In this document: positions 37,741 through 46,450 of the stretch, piece after piece
Numbering within the stretch: position 1 is the first letter of the stretch
Layout of the letters: every line of letters starts with the position of its first letter
Assembly: GCA_963701855.1 (NCBI GenBank)
Contig: CAVPBK010000006.1
Coordinates: forward strand, 896,001-960,000
Length of the DNA stretch: 64,000 nt
Direction: 5' to 3'
Origin: Nitrospirota bacterium
GTDB lineage: Bacteria > Nitrospirota > Nitrospiria > Nitrospirales > Nitrospiraceae
Made by a program: the position numbers and the translations under genes
Notes under the pieces: model-generated
Told to the model about the DNA's origin: nothing
Database searches by the model: none
Seen by the model: the letters and a program-made list of their open reading frames with translations, nothing else

Positions 37741-37815
37741 TGACGGCGATGTGAGCCTCGGTCCAGGAGAGGCCTGCGGTCCTTCCTGTGAGGAACTCAA
37801 GGAAGCCGACTCTGA

Positions 37816-38616
37816 CTACACGACATTAGGGAGGCCGTGTTGGATGGCGGTCGCAACCGCATGGGATCGCGAGGTGACGTCTAGCTTCGAGAAGATGCTT
37901 TCCACGTGGAACCGTACGGTTCGTTCCGTCACGCCTATGATTTTAGCGATCTCCCAGTTCGTCTTGCCGTTCTTCACCCAATTTAGGATGGTCATCTCAC
38001 GCAGCGTAAGCTCTCTGACGCAGGGAGCAACCGCTTGCGAACTCTTTGGGGCGGTGCGTAATAGAGCAAGATGGACGTGGTATCCAAAATACTCGACTAG
38101 CGGCACATAGCGTTTTGCATCGATCCGTTCGGCAGAGGCAAATGAGCAAAAGGTCCCGACTCCGCATGCGGGGTCGGCTGATCCTGTTGTGATCCCATCC
38201 CCTAGACCATACTCCTTCGCCGCTTCCATAAATTCGCGCTGCTTGTCCGAGTTTGCGACCTTGTAGGTGGCTTCCCAATGTTGAGTCCCTGGTTTCCCTA
38301 AGGCTGTCTGGAAGACCGGGTCGACTTCAAAGTACCCCTTCTGCCAATAGAGGCGGAGCCATTCTTCCGGATAGCTGACATTGAGTACATTGGTAAAGCC
38401 TTCAAACGCGCCCGTGCGACTGAGTTTTGCAAGTCCACCGATTACCCGGGTAAAAGGAAACAGAGTTTGAAACCGTGCAAGCACATCTTTCACATCTTCG
38501 GAGCTTTCTGATTGCGCCGCAAAATGCAAAACCTCGATAAACCTTTCACACTCCGTCTTGGTTAATCGAGTAAATAGGTCTTTGGGAAATGGACGTTTCT
38601 TCTGAACATGTGCCAT
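37816..38616 (-). CDS. luxR: LuxR-family autoinducer-binding regulator
   Basis: YPEEWLRLYWQKGYFEVDPV, W, AKEYGLGDG; HTH LTLRE..ILNWVKNGKTNWEIA.I.GVTERTVRFH. Confidence 0.93.
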   Translation of the reverse strand: MAHVQKKRPFPKDLFTRLTKTECERFIEVLHFAAQSESSEDVKDVLARFQTLFPFTRVIGGLAKLSRTGAFEGFTNVLNVSYPEEWLRLYWQKGYFEVDPVFQTALGKPGTQHWEATYKVANSDKQREFMEAAKEYGLGDGITTGSADPACGVGTFCSFASAERIDAKRYVPLVEYFGYHVHLALLRTAPKSSQAVAPCVRELTLREMTILNWVKNGKTNWEIAKIIGVTERTVRFHVESIFSKLDVTSRSHAVATAIQHGLPNVV

Positions 38617-38784
38617 AGAATGGACTTCCGACTTTGGATGAGTCTCTCTAAGGGTACCATATTAGAAGCAACGTTGCGATAGGGAGTTTTGGCCCTAACG
38701 AGATCGCTATAGATGGGGTATATCATCAAACGCCTTTTAGGAACCTGACTTCTGATGATACGTAATCTTAACCCTGTCGACTAA

Positions 38785-40149
38785 ATGACGATGCTCTATA
38801 AGGATTATGGCATGTGGAACCAAGGATACCTCTTGGCTCTAGGATTAATCTGTTTACTGTGTCCGTCGCTTGGATATGCGCAGGCACTTCGGTTCCAACC
38901 GCAAAGCGCCGCGGCAGCTGGGCAGGGGAATGCCTTTGTCGCACAAGCCGACGATGCCTCAGCTATTCACTACAACCCAGCCGGACTGAGCCAAGTGAAC
39001 GGAGTCCAAGTCGTCACCGGAACAACCCTGCTGGGGGGGTCCGTCAAGTTCACGAGCCCTACCGGGACAGACAGTCGAGGGGACTTTGGAGGAAGTATTG
39101 CGTCTCCCCCACCGAGCTATTCCTACGTGAGTGCGAACCTGGGATCTCTCGGATGGGATGCCCTGTCGAATGTGACGGTCGGTCTTGGCCTCAACTCTCC
39201 GTTCGGTTTGAACATCCGCTATCCGGTGGATGGCCCCTTCAATACCGCCGTCACCTCTGCAGCGCTTCCACTCATCGATATCAAGCCGACCGTGGCCTAC
39301 AAGTTTAATGATCAGTTGGCCATCGGAGTAAGCGCGGACATCTACACCTTCGCGAGTTTTCTTGGACAGGGGCATGCGGAACAGAAACAAATCTTGGGTG
39401 GCGCGTCCGCCGAATTCAACGGCAAAGGCACCGGGGCGGGCGCGACCTTCAGCCTGCTCTATACACCACTGAGAAACAACGATGGCAAACCGGTTGCCTC
39501 CGTCGGGCTGGTCTATCGCACCCAGGCTGTGGTGCCATTGAGTGGATCGTTCTTAGTCAACGGGGAGAAGGTTGCCGATGCCTCCACCAATCTCGTGCTG
39601 CCGCAGATCTATACAGGAGCCATTGCGATCTGGCCGGTTCGCACGAGTGAGCGGGAATGGAAATTGGAGCTCGACGTGGAATATGTCGGGTGGAAGTCGA
39701 ATCGTGATCTCGACATCCACCTCTCCCCCGGCGGGGTCTTCCCACAACCGCAACAATGGAAGACTGTGCCGGTCGTGGCGATCGGCACCGAATACAAATG
39801 GCTCGACCCCGGGTGGTTGCCTAATTGGGATTTGGCGGTGCGGTCGGGGTACACGCGAACTGAGGATCCCGTTCCTGATAGGACCTTCAACCCGGCGACG
39901 ATTTCTCTATCTTCCAACACGCTGTCAATTGGAGCCGGACTCTTGTGCAAAAGCCAGGGCCGGTTTCTGGGGCTGGTGCCTTGCGGAGGCGCATCTGCGC
40001 TCTGGCCGAAAGCGATTGGTTTCGATGTGGCGTTTCAAGAATGGTTCTACGAGTCGCGGACGGTTACCGGCAATCTCAACCCCACCGTTGACGGGACATA
40101 TCATGCCTATGTCCATTTGGGGACCTTCAGCTTCAAATTCATATTCTAG
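38785..40149 (+). CDS. FadL/OmpP1-family outer-membrane transporter
   Basis: signal peptide; GQGNAFVAQADDASAIHYNPAGL; SPFGL; C-terminal Phe. Confidence 0.9.
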   Translation: MTMLYKDYGMWNQGYLLALGLICLLCPSLGYAQALRFQPQSAAAAGQGNAFVAQADDASAIHYNPAGLSQVNGVQVVTGTTLLGGSVKFTSPTGTDSRGDFGGSIASPPPSYSYVSANLGSLGWDALSNVTVGLGLNSPFGLNIRYPVDGPFNTAVTSAALPLIDIKPTVAYKFNDQLAIGVSADIYTFASFLGQGHAEQKQILGGASAEFNGKGTGAGATFSLLYTPLRNNDGKPVASVGLVYRTQAVVPLSGSFLVNGEKVADASTNLVLPQIYTGAIAIWPVRTSEREWKLELDVEYVGWKSNRDLDIHLSPGGVFPQPQQWKTVPVVAIGTEYKWLDPGWLPNWDLAVRSGYTRTEDPVPDRTFNPATISLSSNTLSIGAGLLCKSQGRFLGLVPCGGASALWPKAIGFDVAFQEWFYESRTVTGNLNPTVDGTYHAYVHLGTFSFKFIF

Positions 40150-40258
40150 CAGGATGCTGGAAAAGTCCGTCAGCCCGTCTTGTTTATTTGGTTGAGCCAG
40201 ACCAACGAAATAAACGAAACACGCCAGATAGACCAGATGAACCAGACCGACCTAGCAG
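40147..40258. repeat. MITE end plus ~9-nt periodic tract
   Basis: TAGCAGGATGCTGGAAAAGTCCG then TGTTTATTTGGTT...ACCAGATGAACCAGACC; related to 11124-11311. Confidence 0.6.
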
Positions 40259-40268
40259 ATGACTGCGT

Positions 40269-42104
40269 TCAGCTGCGAGACGGAGTCGTGTTCGCAAGCG
40301 CTTTCCGCATCTCCGCAACGGTCTTGGCATCGAGGCCGGCTGCCGTCAATTCGTTGTCCGAGGCTGCAGCGATGTTCGCCAGATTGCCATATTGTTTGAG
40401 CAGACGGGCTCGTTTGATCTCACCGATGCCGATTATCTGATCGAGTGGAGAGGCCATAAGGGCTTTGCCGCGCAACTTGCGATGGAACGTGATCGCAAAT
40501 CGATGGGCCTCGTCGCGAATGCGTTGTACAAGATGGGTGGCTGGGGAATTCGTGCGCAGCACAATAGGATTTTTTCGACCAGGCAGGAAAATCCGCTCGT
40601 CTTTTTCGCCGCGTGCTTTGGCTAATCCTATTATTGCCAGGCCTTGATGGCCGACCTGTTTCAGCCCTTCCATCGCTGCGGCGAGCTGGCCTAATCCTCC
40701 ATCGATGAGGATGAGATCCGGGCGCGCGAGATTCTCACTCTCTCCATAGCGCCGCGTGACGACTTCCTGCACGCTGGCGAAATCGTTGGCGCCGGTCACG
40801 GTTTGGATTTTGAACCGGCGGTAGTCTGATTTTTTCATCTGGCCGTCTTCCCATACGACCATGGAGGCAACGGACTGGTTACCCATGGTGTTCGAGATGT
40901 CGAACCCTTCGATACGCCGAGGTGCGAAGTCCAATCGTACAAGCCGCTTGAGTTCTTCAACGGCCTGCCGTCCGATTTCTTCATCTCTCAGGTGATTGGC
41001 GACGGCGGCGCCGGCGTTCTCTTCCGCCAGAAGAAGCAATTGGTGCTTGACGCCCCGCTCGGGTGCCACAACGCGAACAGCGTTTCCGCGCTTGCCTGAG
41101 AGCCATTCTTCGATCACTCTGGCATCGTCGAGATCAGCGGGGATAAGCAGCTCTTTGGGCGGCTGCCCGTCTTTGTTGTAGAACTGTTCAATGGCGGATC
41201 GAACGAGTTCTTCGTCTCCGGTGTCGGCTGCATGAGGCCAAAAGAAGTCTTTACGTCCGATCAAGAGGCCGCCGCGCACGAAGAGGATCTGGAGATCGAC
41301 CGCCGAGCCTTGCCGCGCCAGGCCGATCACGTCTTGATCGGTCGTCGTCGTTTGGGTAATGCGCTGTTTCTCAAGCGTACGTTCGATGTTGAAGAGCCGA
41401 TCACGCAAGCGCACTGCCTCCTCGTATTCTTCACACTCAGCCGCCGCTTCCATCTGAGTGCGCAAATCGTCCAACAATTCATGGTCACGCCCTTCGAGAA
41501 ACTGACGCACCTGCTCGACGATGTGGCGGTAGTCCTCCTTCGATTGATTGCCGGTGCAGGGCGCCATACACCGCTTGATCTCGAATTCGATACAAGCTCG
41601 CTCCGCTTTGCCATTGATCTCAATGGTGCAGGTGGCCAAGGGAAAGGCTTTCTTTATGACTTTCAATGTCTCCCGTAAAGCGCCGGCCGGCGTGTAAGGA
41701 CCATAGTAGAGCGCGCCGTCTTGTTGCACGCGGCGGACGATGGAGAGACGCGGGAAGTCCTCTTTAATCGGCAAACGAAGATAGGGATATTGTTTGTCGT
41801 CCCGTAAGACCACGTTGAACCGAGGCCGATGCTGCTTGATCAAATTGCTTTCGAGGATGAGCGCTTCGAGTTCTGAGCGGGTCACGATCGTTTCGAGATC
41901 GGCGATGTGGCTGACCAAGACGGTGTTTTTCGGGGAATGGCCGGTCCCTTTTTGAAAGTAGGATCGCACACGGTTGGATAGGACTGCCGCTTTCCCGATG
42001 TAGAGCAAATCACCCTGCTTGTCTCTGAACAAGTAGACGCCTGGCTGGTCCGGGAGATGGTCAAGTTTGGATTGGAGTTCGACGGAAGTAGCCATCAGCC
42101 GCAT
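40269..42104 (-). CDS. uvrC: excinuclease ABC subunit C
   Basis: PGVY...YIGKA GIY-YIG, FDISN, DGGLGQ, RDEAHRFA, HhH. Confidence 0.96.
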   Translation of the reverse strand: MRLMATSVELQSKLDHLPDQPGVYLFRDKQGDLLYIGKAAVLSNRVRSYFQKGTGHSPKNTVLVSHIADLETIVTRSELEALILESNLIKQHRPRFNVVLRDDKQYPYLRLPIKEDFPRLSIVRRVQQDGALYYGPYTPAGALRETLKVIKKAFPLATCTIEINGKAERACIEFEIKRCMAPCTGNQSKEDYRHIVEQVRQFLEGRDHELLDDLRTQMEAAAECEEYEEAVRLRDRLFNIERTLEKQRITQTTTTDQDVIGLARQGSAVDLQILFVRGGLLIGRKDFFWPHAADTGDEELVRSAIEQFYNKDGQPPKELLIPADLDDARVIEEWLSGKRGNAVRVVAPERGVKHQLLLLAEENAGAAVANHLRDEEIGRQAVEELKRLVRLDFAPRRIEGFDISNTMGNQSVASMVVWEDGQMKKSDYRRFKIQTVTGANDFASVQEVVTRRYGESENLARPDLILIDGGLGQLAAAMEGLKQVGHQGLAIIGLAKARGEKDERIFLPGRKNPIVLRTNSPATHLVQRIRDEAHRFAITFHRKLRGKALMASPLDQIIGIGEIKRARLLKQYGNLANIAAASDNELTAAGLDAKTVAEMRKALANTTPSRS

Positions 42105-42218
42105 CCTTCAGCAATCAGCAAGAGACGGACACTTGTGTGGCACCATTCTAAGGCCCGAGCCATTCTGGGGCAACTTGGTAGTGGGATTGAGACGGATAGC
42201 TGACGGCTGATTGCTCGC

Positions 42219-43088
42219 TCAGCGCAAGCTACGCACAAAGGAGGGACTGAGGCTTCCCCGCGCGACTTCCGCGACTGGACCCTTCATGGTGAGGCTAAAG
42301 TCTGCGGCAACCTCGATGTTGAGCCGGCCTCCTGGCATCTTTACTGTGACGGGGCTCTTCACCAACCCAAGCCGAACAGCCGCACTCGCAGCAGCGCAGG
42401 ATGAGGATCCGGAGGCCTGAGTTTCACCGGCGCCGCGCTCCCAAATCAAGATAAAGAGTTCCTTCGGACCGGTCGGCACGGCGAGTTGTACGTTCGTTCG
42501 CTTCGGGAACAGGGAATGATTTTCTAATGCCGGTCCCAATTTCAGGAGATCCTCTCGCGACCATGATTGCCCGGCTGGTTTGAAGACGACACAGTGGGGA
42601 TTCCCCACACTTACGCCTGTGAAGGTGAGTGACTGACCTGCGGCGTTGATGGGTTGTTCGATTAGTTCGCCGGCTGTGAGGGTACAGGGGAGTGCCGCTG
42701 GCTTGAATGTGGCTCGGCCCATTTCGACGGTGACGGCACTCGCATCCCCATGCCGGTCCACATGCAGCGCAATCGTGACCAGCCCACCTTTAGTCTCAAC
42801 GGTGAAGTGATTTTTTTTTGCCTTGCCGGTGGCGTGAAGATAGCGGGCAAAGATCCGCAGACCGTTGCCGGATTTTTCCGCCTCGCTGCCGTCAGGGTTG
42901 AAGATGCGCAGACCGAAGTCCGCTCTCTTTGACGAGACCGGCGCAAGGATTCCATCGCTGCCGAGGCCCCAGTTGCGATCGCAGATCGCTTTGATTCTTA
43001 ATGGGGAGAGCGAGAACGACAGGTCTTTGGGGTCCATCACCACATAATCATTGCCCAGTCCATGCCCGCGGAAGAATCCATTCTTCAT
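42219..43088 (-). CDS. dapF: diaminopimelate epimerase
   Basis: HGLGNDY, DG, NPDGS, VGNPH, ERGAGET; catalytic Cys positions read SGNG and SGSS. Confidence 0.9.
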   Translation of the reverse strand: MKNGFFRGHGLGNDYVVMDPKDLSFSLSPLRIKAICDRNWGLGSDGILAPVSSKRADFGLRIFNPDGSEAEKSGNGLRIFARYLHATGKAKKNHFTVETKGGLVTIALHVDRHGDASAVTVEMGRATFKPAALPCTLTAGELIEQPINAAGQSLTFTGVSVGNPHCVVFKPAGQSWSREDLLKLGPALENHSLFPKRTNVQLAVPTGPKELFILIWERGAGETQASGSSSCAAASAAVRLGLVKSPVTVKMPGGRLNIEVAADFSLTMKGPVAEVARGSLSPSFVRSLR

Positions 43089-43173
43089 GCACAGCTCCTT
43101 GAGTTGAGAGGAAAACAGGAGGAAATACCTAGCATGAACGGCGTGGAGAGGGAAAGAGGAGCGTGAAAAGTGT

Positions 43174-43572
43174 TCAGACGATCTTCACGCCAGACGGTCG
43201 TTCAATGAGTTCGACTTCGTATCCGTCTGGGGCATCGATGAAGATGAAACGGTTTCCGGAGGATGTCTGGGTCGGGCCATCGGTCACCTTGATGCCCTGC
43301 GAATTGAGCGATGCAATGGTGTCGTCGAGACTTTCCACCTGAAAGGCCAGATGGACGAGATCTTCCTGCACTCTCACTGGTCCGCTCTGAGGGAAACTGG
43401 TCAGCTCAATCAGCTCCTCGCTGTTGGGAACTCTCAAGAAAGCCAGCTGCGAGCCACGCGGCGAGACCTTCCGCTCCAAAACCTCCAACCCGAGAACGTT
43501 GGTGTAGAAGTTGATCGTTTGGTCCAAGTCGCTGACGCGCATGCGGGTGTGGAGGAGCTTTTGGACTTGCAT
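43174..43572 (-). CDS. VOC/glyoxalase I-family protein
   Basis: LHTRMRVSDL, IELT, HLAF, DAPDGYEVELIE. Confidence 0.9.
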   Translation of the reverse strand: MQVQKLLHTRMRVSDLDQTINFYTNVLGLEVLERKVSPRGSQLAFLRVPNSEELIELTSFPQSGPVRVQEDLVHLAFQVESLDDTIASLNSQGIKVTDGPTQTSSGNRFIFIDAPDGYEVELIERPSGVKIV

Positions 43573-43589
43573 AGCGTGTCTCAGGTTAG

Positions 43590-43687
43590 GAGCTTATAGC
43601 AGATAGCGTATAGACTATGGCCGGAAAGGCATCTCTCTGATTGGTCTTTCCTCATACCATACGCCATTAGTTATAAGCCATCAGCTC
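43590..43687. repeat. heptamer-periodic palindrome (ATAGC/CCAT type)
   Basis: GAGCTTATAGCAGATAGCGTATAG...CCATACGCCATTAGTTATAAGCCATCAGCTC; sister copy at 60791-60855. Confidence 0.7.
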
Positions 43688-44153
43688 TTCTAGCTGGTCC
43701 GCCCGTCTTGCGCAGCAGAATTTCGGCGCTGCCCGGGATCAGAAGATCCGGCATGGGACCAATCTCTTGGTAGCCCTGTTTCTTGTAAAAAATCCTGGCT
43801 TGATCGTTGAAATCCGATACGCAGACGAATAGGTTCTTCACCCTCGCAAAGACCGCTGCTTCGATGTGGGTGAGCAGGCGCTTCCCCAGACCCTTGCCTT
43901 TCGCCCAGTCCGCCACTCCAAGCAGTTCTACATAGTCGCCGAGCAGAAACTTCTGACGAACGACCGCGATGCCGGCCACTCTGCCATTCTGGTCCACGAC
44001 ATAGCTGTCACGTCCCTGCGGGAGCGGTGCGAAATAACTATCCCAGTCGTTGGCTTGGTAGCCCAGTCGTTTCCACGGGTCGGAGCCGGCGAGCAACTCA
44101 ATAACGGCAGCTCGATCTTCCGCCGTCATGGGCCGAACAAATGAGTCGGTCAT
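43671..44153 (-). CDS. GNAT-family acetyltransferase
   Basis: AKGKGLGKRLL acetyl-CoA motif; N..ARIFYKKQGY. Confidence 0.9.
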   Translation of the reverse strand: MTDSFVRPMTAEDRAAVIELLAGSDPWKRLGYQANDWDSYFAPLPQGRDSYVVDQNGRVAGIAVVRQKFLLGDYVELLGVADWAKGKGLGKRLLTHIEAAVFARVKNLFVCVSDFNDQARIFYKKQGYQEIGPMPDLLIPGSAEILLRKTGGPARRADGL

Positions 44154-44863
44154 GGGGCTGCTTCACCATTACAGACTAAGAGATCGCTCACGGTCATGGG
44201 GGTGAGATTGCGCTCAGGCAAGAGATGTTGGTGGAGATCTTGCACCACCTCGTGAGTATGTTGGCCTTTCCCGTTGGCATGCATCACGATGACGCTCCCC
44301 TTTCGGACAAACCGCTTCAGCCGGCCCTCGATTTGAAGCGCCGTGAGCGATGGGTCGGGATCGCCGGACACGACATTCCACAGAATAAATTGAAGGCCGA
44401 GGGCGCGGACTACGTTGACCGTGTCATCGTTGAACTCTCCATAGGGAGGACGAAACAGGGTCGCGTCATGATGGTACTTGGTTTTGAGCAGACGTACCGG
44501 TCCAAGAATTTCTTGCTCCTGCTCCCCCGCCGAATGGAGCGGCATATGGGCATGAACTTCCCCGTGGGTGCCGATTTCAAAGAATGGAACCTGAAGGAGG
44601 GCCTTCACTTGCCGATCATGTTTCGTGATCCATTTTCCTGACATGAAGAAGGTGGCGGGGATCTTCTGTTCAATCAAATAGTCAATTAGCCCTTGATCGT
44701 AGCCACCTCCGTTACGCACCGGGCAGAGATCGAATGTCAACGCGACTCCGGGACAGGAAGGCGCGCCTGATTTGATCACTTGGGCTTGCGTGAAGGAAGG
44801 CATCGCCGGGACGAGCAGCATTGCGAGGATAAGGCACAGCATGTGTGGGAAGTAACGCGGCAT
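44150..44863 (-). CDS. secreted polysaccharide deacetylase (CE4/NodB)
   Basis: ALTFD, ATFF, GTHG..H, FRPPYG, IVMH; signal peptide after ATG 44863; the longer ORF runs into a repeat. Confidence 0.88.
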   Translation of the reverse strand: MPRYFPHMLCLILAMLLVPAMPSFTQAQVIKSGAPSCPGVALTFDLCPVRNGGGYDQGLIDYLIEQKIPATFFMSGKWITKHDRQVKALLQVPFFEIGTHGEVHAHMPLHSAGEQEQEILGPVRLLKTKYHHDATLFRPPYGEFNDDTVNVVRALGLQFILWNVVSGDPDPSLTALQIEGRLKRFVRKGSVIVMHANGKGQHTHEVVQDLHQHLLPERNLTPMTVSDLLVCNGEAAP

Positions 44864-44885
44864 GGTGGCAAGTATACCTGATCCC

Positions 44886-45233
44886 GCAGGCTGCTCAAAA
44901 TGTCCAGACTTCTCACCCGCCCAACCCCGGCGCACCGAGACGCGCCGTTCCGCGGGCAAGGCCGCAGCGAATGAAGCCCGGAGGAGGTACCGACCGCACT
45001 TCGTGTGGACCGTTTGTCCATACAATGGATCTTGGCGAACGGAAAAGTCCCACCAGTGCGTCCGACCTCCAAGGGACTTCTCTTCAACCTTGAGGATCTG
45101 AACAATGCGAGAACGACGCATGGAAAAAGGCGCGTTCCTGGGCAAGGAGGCTGTCTTGGTGGCCTCAGGGCGGGCGGGTGACATAGTTGCCCGGGCTGGG
45201 AGGGTGAGAAAATCGACTTTTTCAACAGCCTGC
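44886..45233. mobile_element. MITE-like element, ~348 bp
   Basis: ~48-bp imperfect terminal IR: GCAGGCTGCTCAAAATGTC..TTCTCACCCGCCCAACCCCGG versus reverse complement GCAGGCTGTTGAAAAAGTC..TTCTCACCCTCCCAGCCCGGG. Confidence 0.75.
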
Positions 45234-45271
45234 CGTTGACGCTCGATTTCCCGCACTGTTACGGTAAACGT

Positions 45272-46423
45272 ATGGCTTTGCCCAATTGGAGAATCGGCCG
45301 TGCGCTCGGCATCCCGATTCACGTGCATGCCTCATGGTTTGCAGTGTTCTTCTTTGTGACCTGGTCATTGGCAACTGGCTATTTGCCTGATACGTTGCCC
45401 GGTCTGTCAGCTCCACGCTATTGGGGAATGGGCGGCATTGCCGCCCTCTTGTTATTCCTCTCCGTCCTTCTGCATGAGCTGGGGCATTCCTATGTGGCGC
45501 TGCGCTACCAGATTCCTATCAAGCAGATTACCTTGTTCATTTTCGGGGGGATGGCGCACATGGGAAAGGAGCCGCCCAGTCCGCGGGCCGAGTTTTTGAT
45601 CGCGATGGCAGGACCGCTCGTAAGCTTGATCCTGGGAGCTGCTTGTTTCGGCGGAACCCTGGCCGTGGAAACATTGTTCGCGCAACCAGGGGTACAAGGA
45701 CTCATCGTCCTCGGGAGCTTGCTCAGCATGGTGAATGTGCAACTCGGACTCTTTAACCTGATCCCGGGGTTCCCATTAGATGGTGGACGAGTCTTACGGG
45801 CTGGACTGTGGGCCCGGAATAAGGATTTCAATCGAGCAACCAGCCAGGCCGCGCTTGTGGGAATAGGATTCGGTGTCGCACTTGGGTTGACCGGCTCGGT
45901 CGTGATGGCAGGGGCTTGGTCTGGCATTCTGGGACAGTCCATTGCGACGAACGGGATCTGGCTGCTCTTTATCGGTGCATTCCTGTTTTCTGCGGCAATG
46001 GCAAGCAAACGTCAGGCGGTCCCGCGATTGTTGTTGGCCTCAGTGACGGTCCGTCAGGTCATGGTCCATCGCGTCGTGACTCTACTGCCGGATATGAGCG
46101 TGCAAGAGGCGGTCGATCAATACTTTGTCGCGCAGGGATTTGGTGAATTCCCAGTATGCGAAGAGAGACAGGTTCTCGGGGTGGTCTCGGTGGGAGACGT
46201 GCAAGCGCTTCCCACAACGCTCTGGCCATGGCGCCGCGTTCGCGAGATTATGCGTCCGACGTCGCCAGACTTCTGTATCCCTCCAGACTGGCCCATCATG
46301 CAGGCGATGGACCGCATGGTCCAGGGTGGATGGGATTGTCTCGTGGTAATGGAGAATGGAGAGATCGTAGGGCTCGTCACCCGATCGGCCATCGCGCATT
46401 ACGTACAGCTGCACAAAGCGTGA
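45272..46423 (+). CDS. site-2 protease (M50) with a CBS pair
   Basis: HELGH, NLIPGFPLDGGR, two CBS domains; ATG 45272. Confidence 0.93.
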   Translation: MALPNWRIGRALGIPIHVHASWFAVFFFVTWSLATGYLPDTLPGLSAPRYWGMGGIAALLLFLSVLLHELGHSYVALRYQIPIKQITLFIFGGMAHMGKEPPSPRAEFLIAMAGPLVSLILGAACFGGTLAVETLFAQPGVQGLIVLGSLLSMVNVQLGLFNLIPGFPLDGGRVLRAGLWARNKDFNRATSQAALVGIGFGVALGLTGSVVMAGAWSGILGQSIATNGIWLLFIGAFLFSAAMASKRQAVPRLLLASVTVRQVMVHRVVTLLPDMSVQEAVDQYFVAQGFGEFPVCEERQVLGVVSVGDVQALPTTLWPWRRVREIMRPTSPDFCIPPDWPIMQAMDRMVQGGWDCLVVMENGEIVGLVTRSAIAHYVQLHKA

Positions 46424-46450
46424 AAGGGTTTTTCCTGTCACGTCTTACGC

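Noticed and set aside
38617..38784. Second lux box between luxR and fadL
   Set aside because: Only half-site-like ACCTG/CCCTG with no dyad partner
44864..45328. N-terminal extension of the 392-aa deacetylase ORF
   Set aside because: Reads through a MITE-like element and overlaps the divergent protease gene
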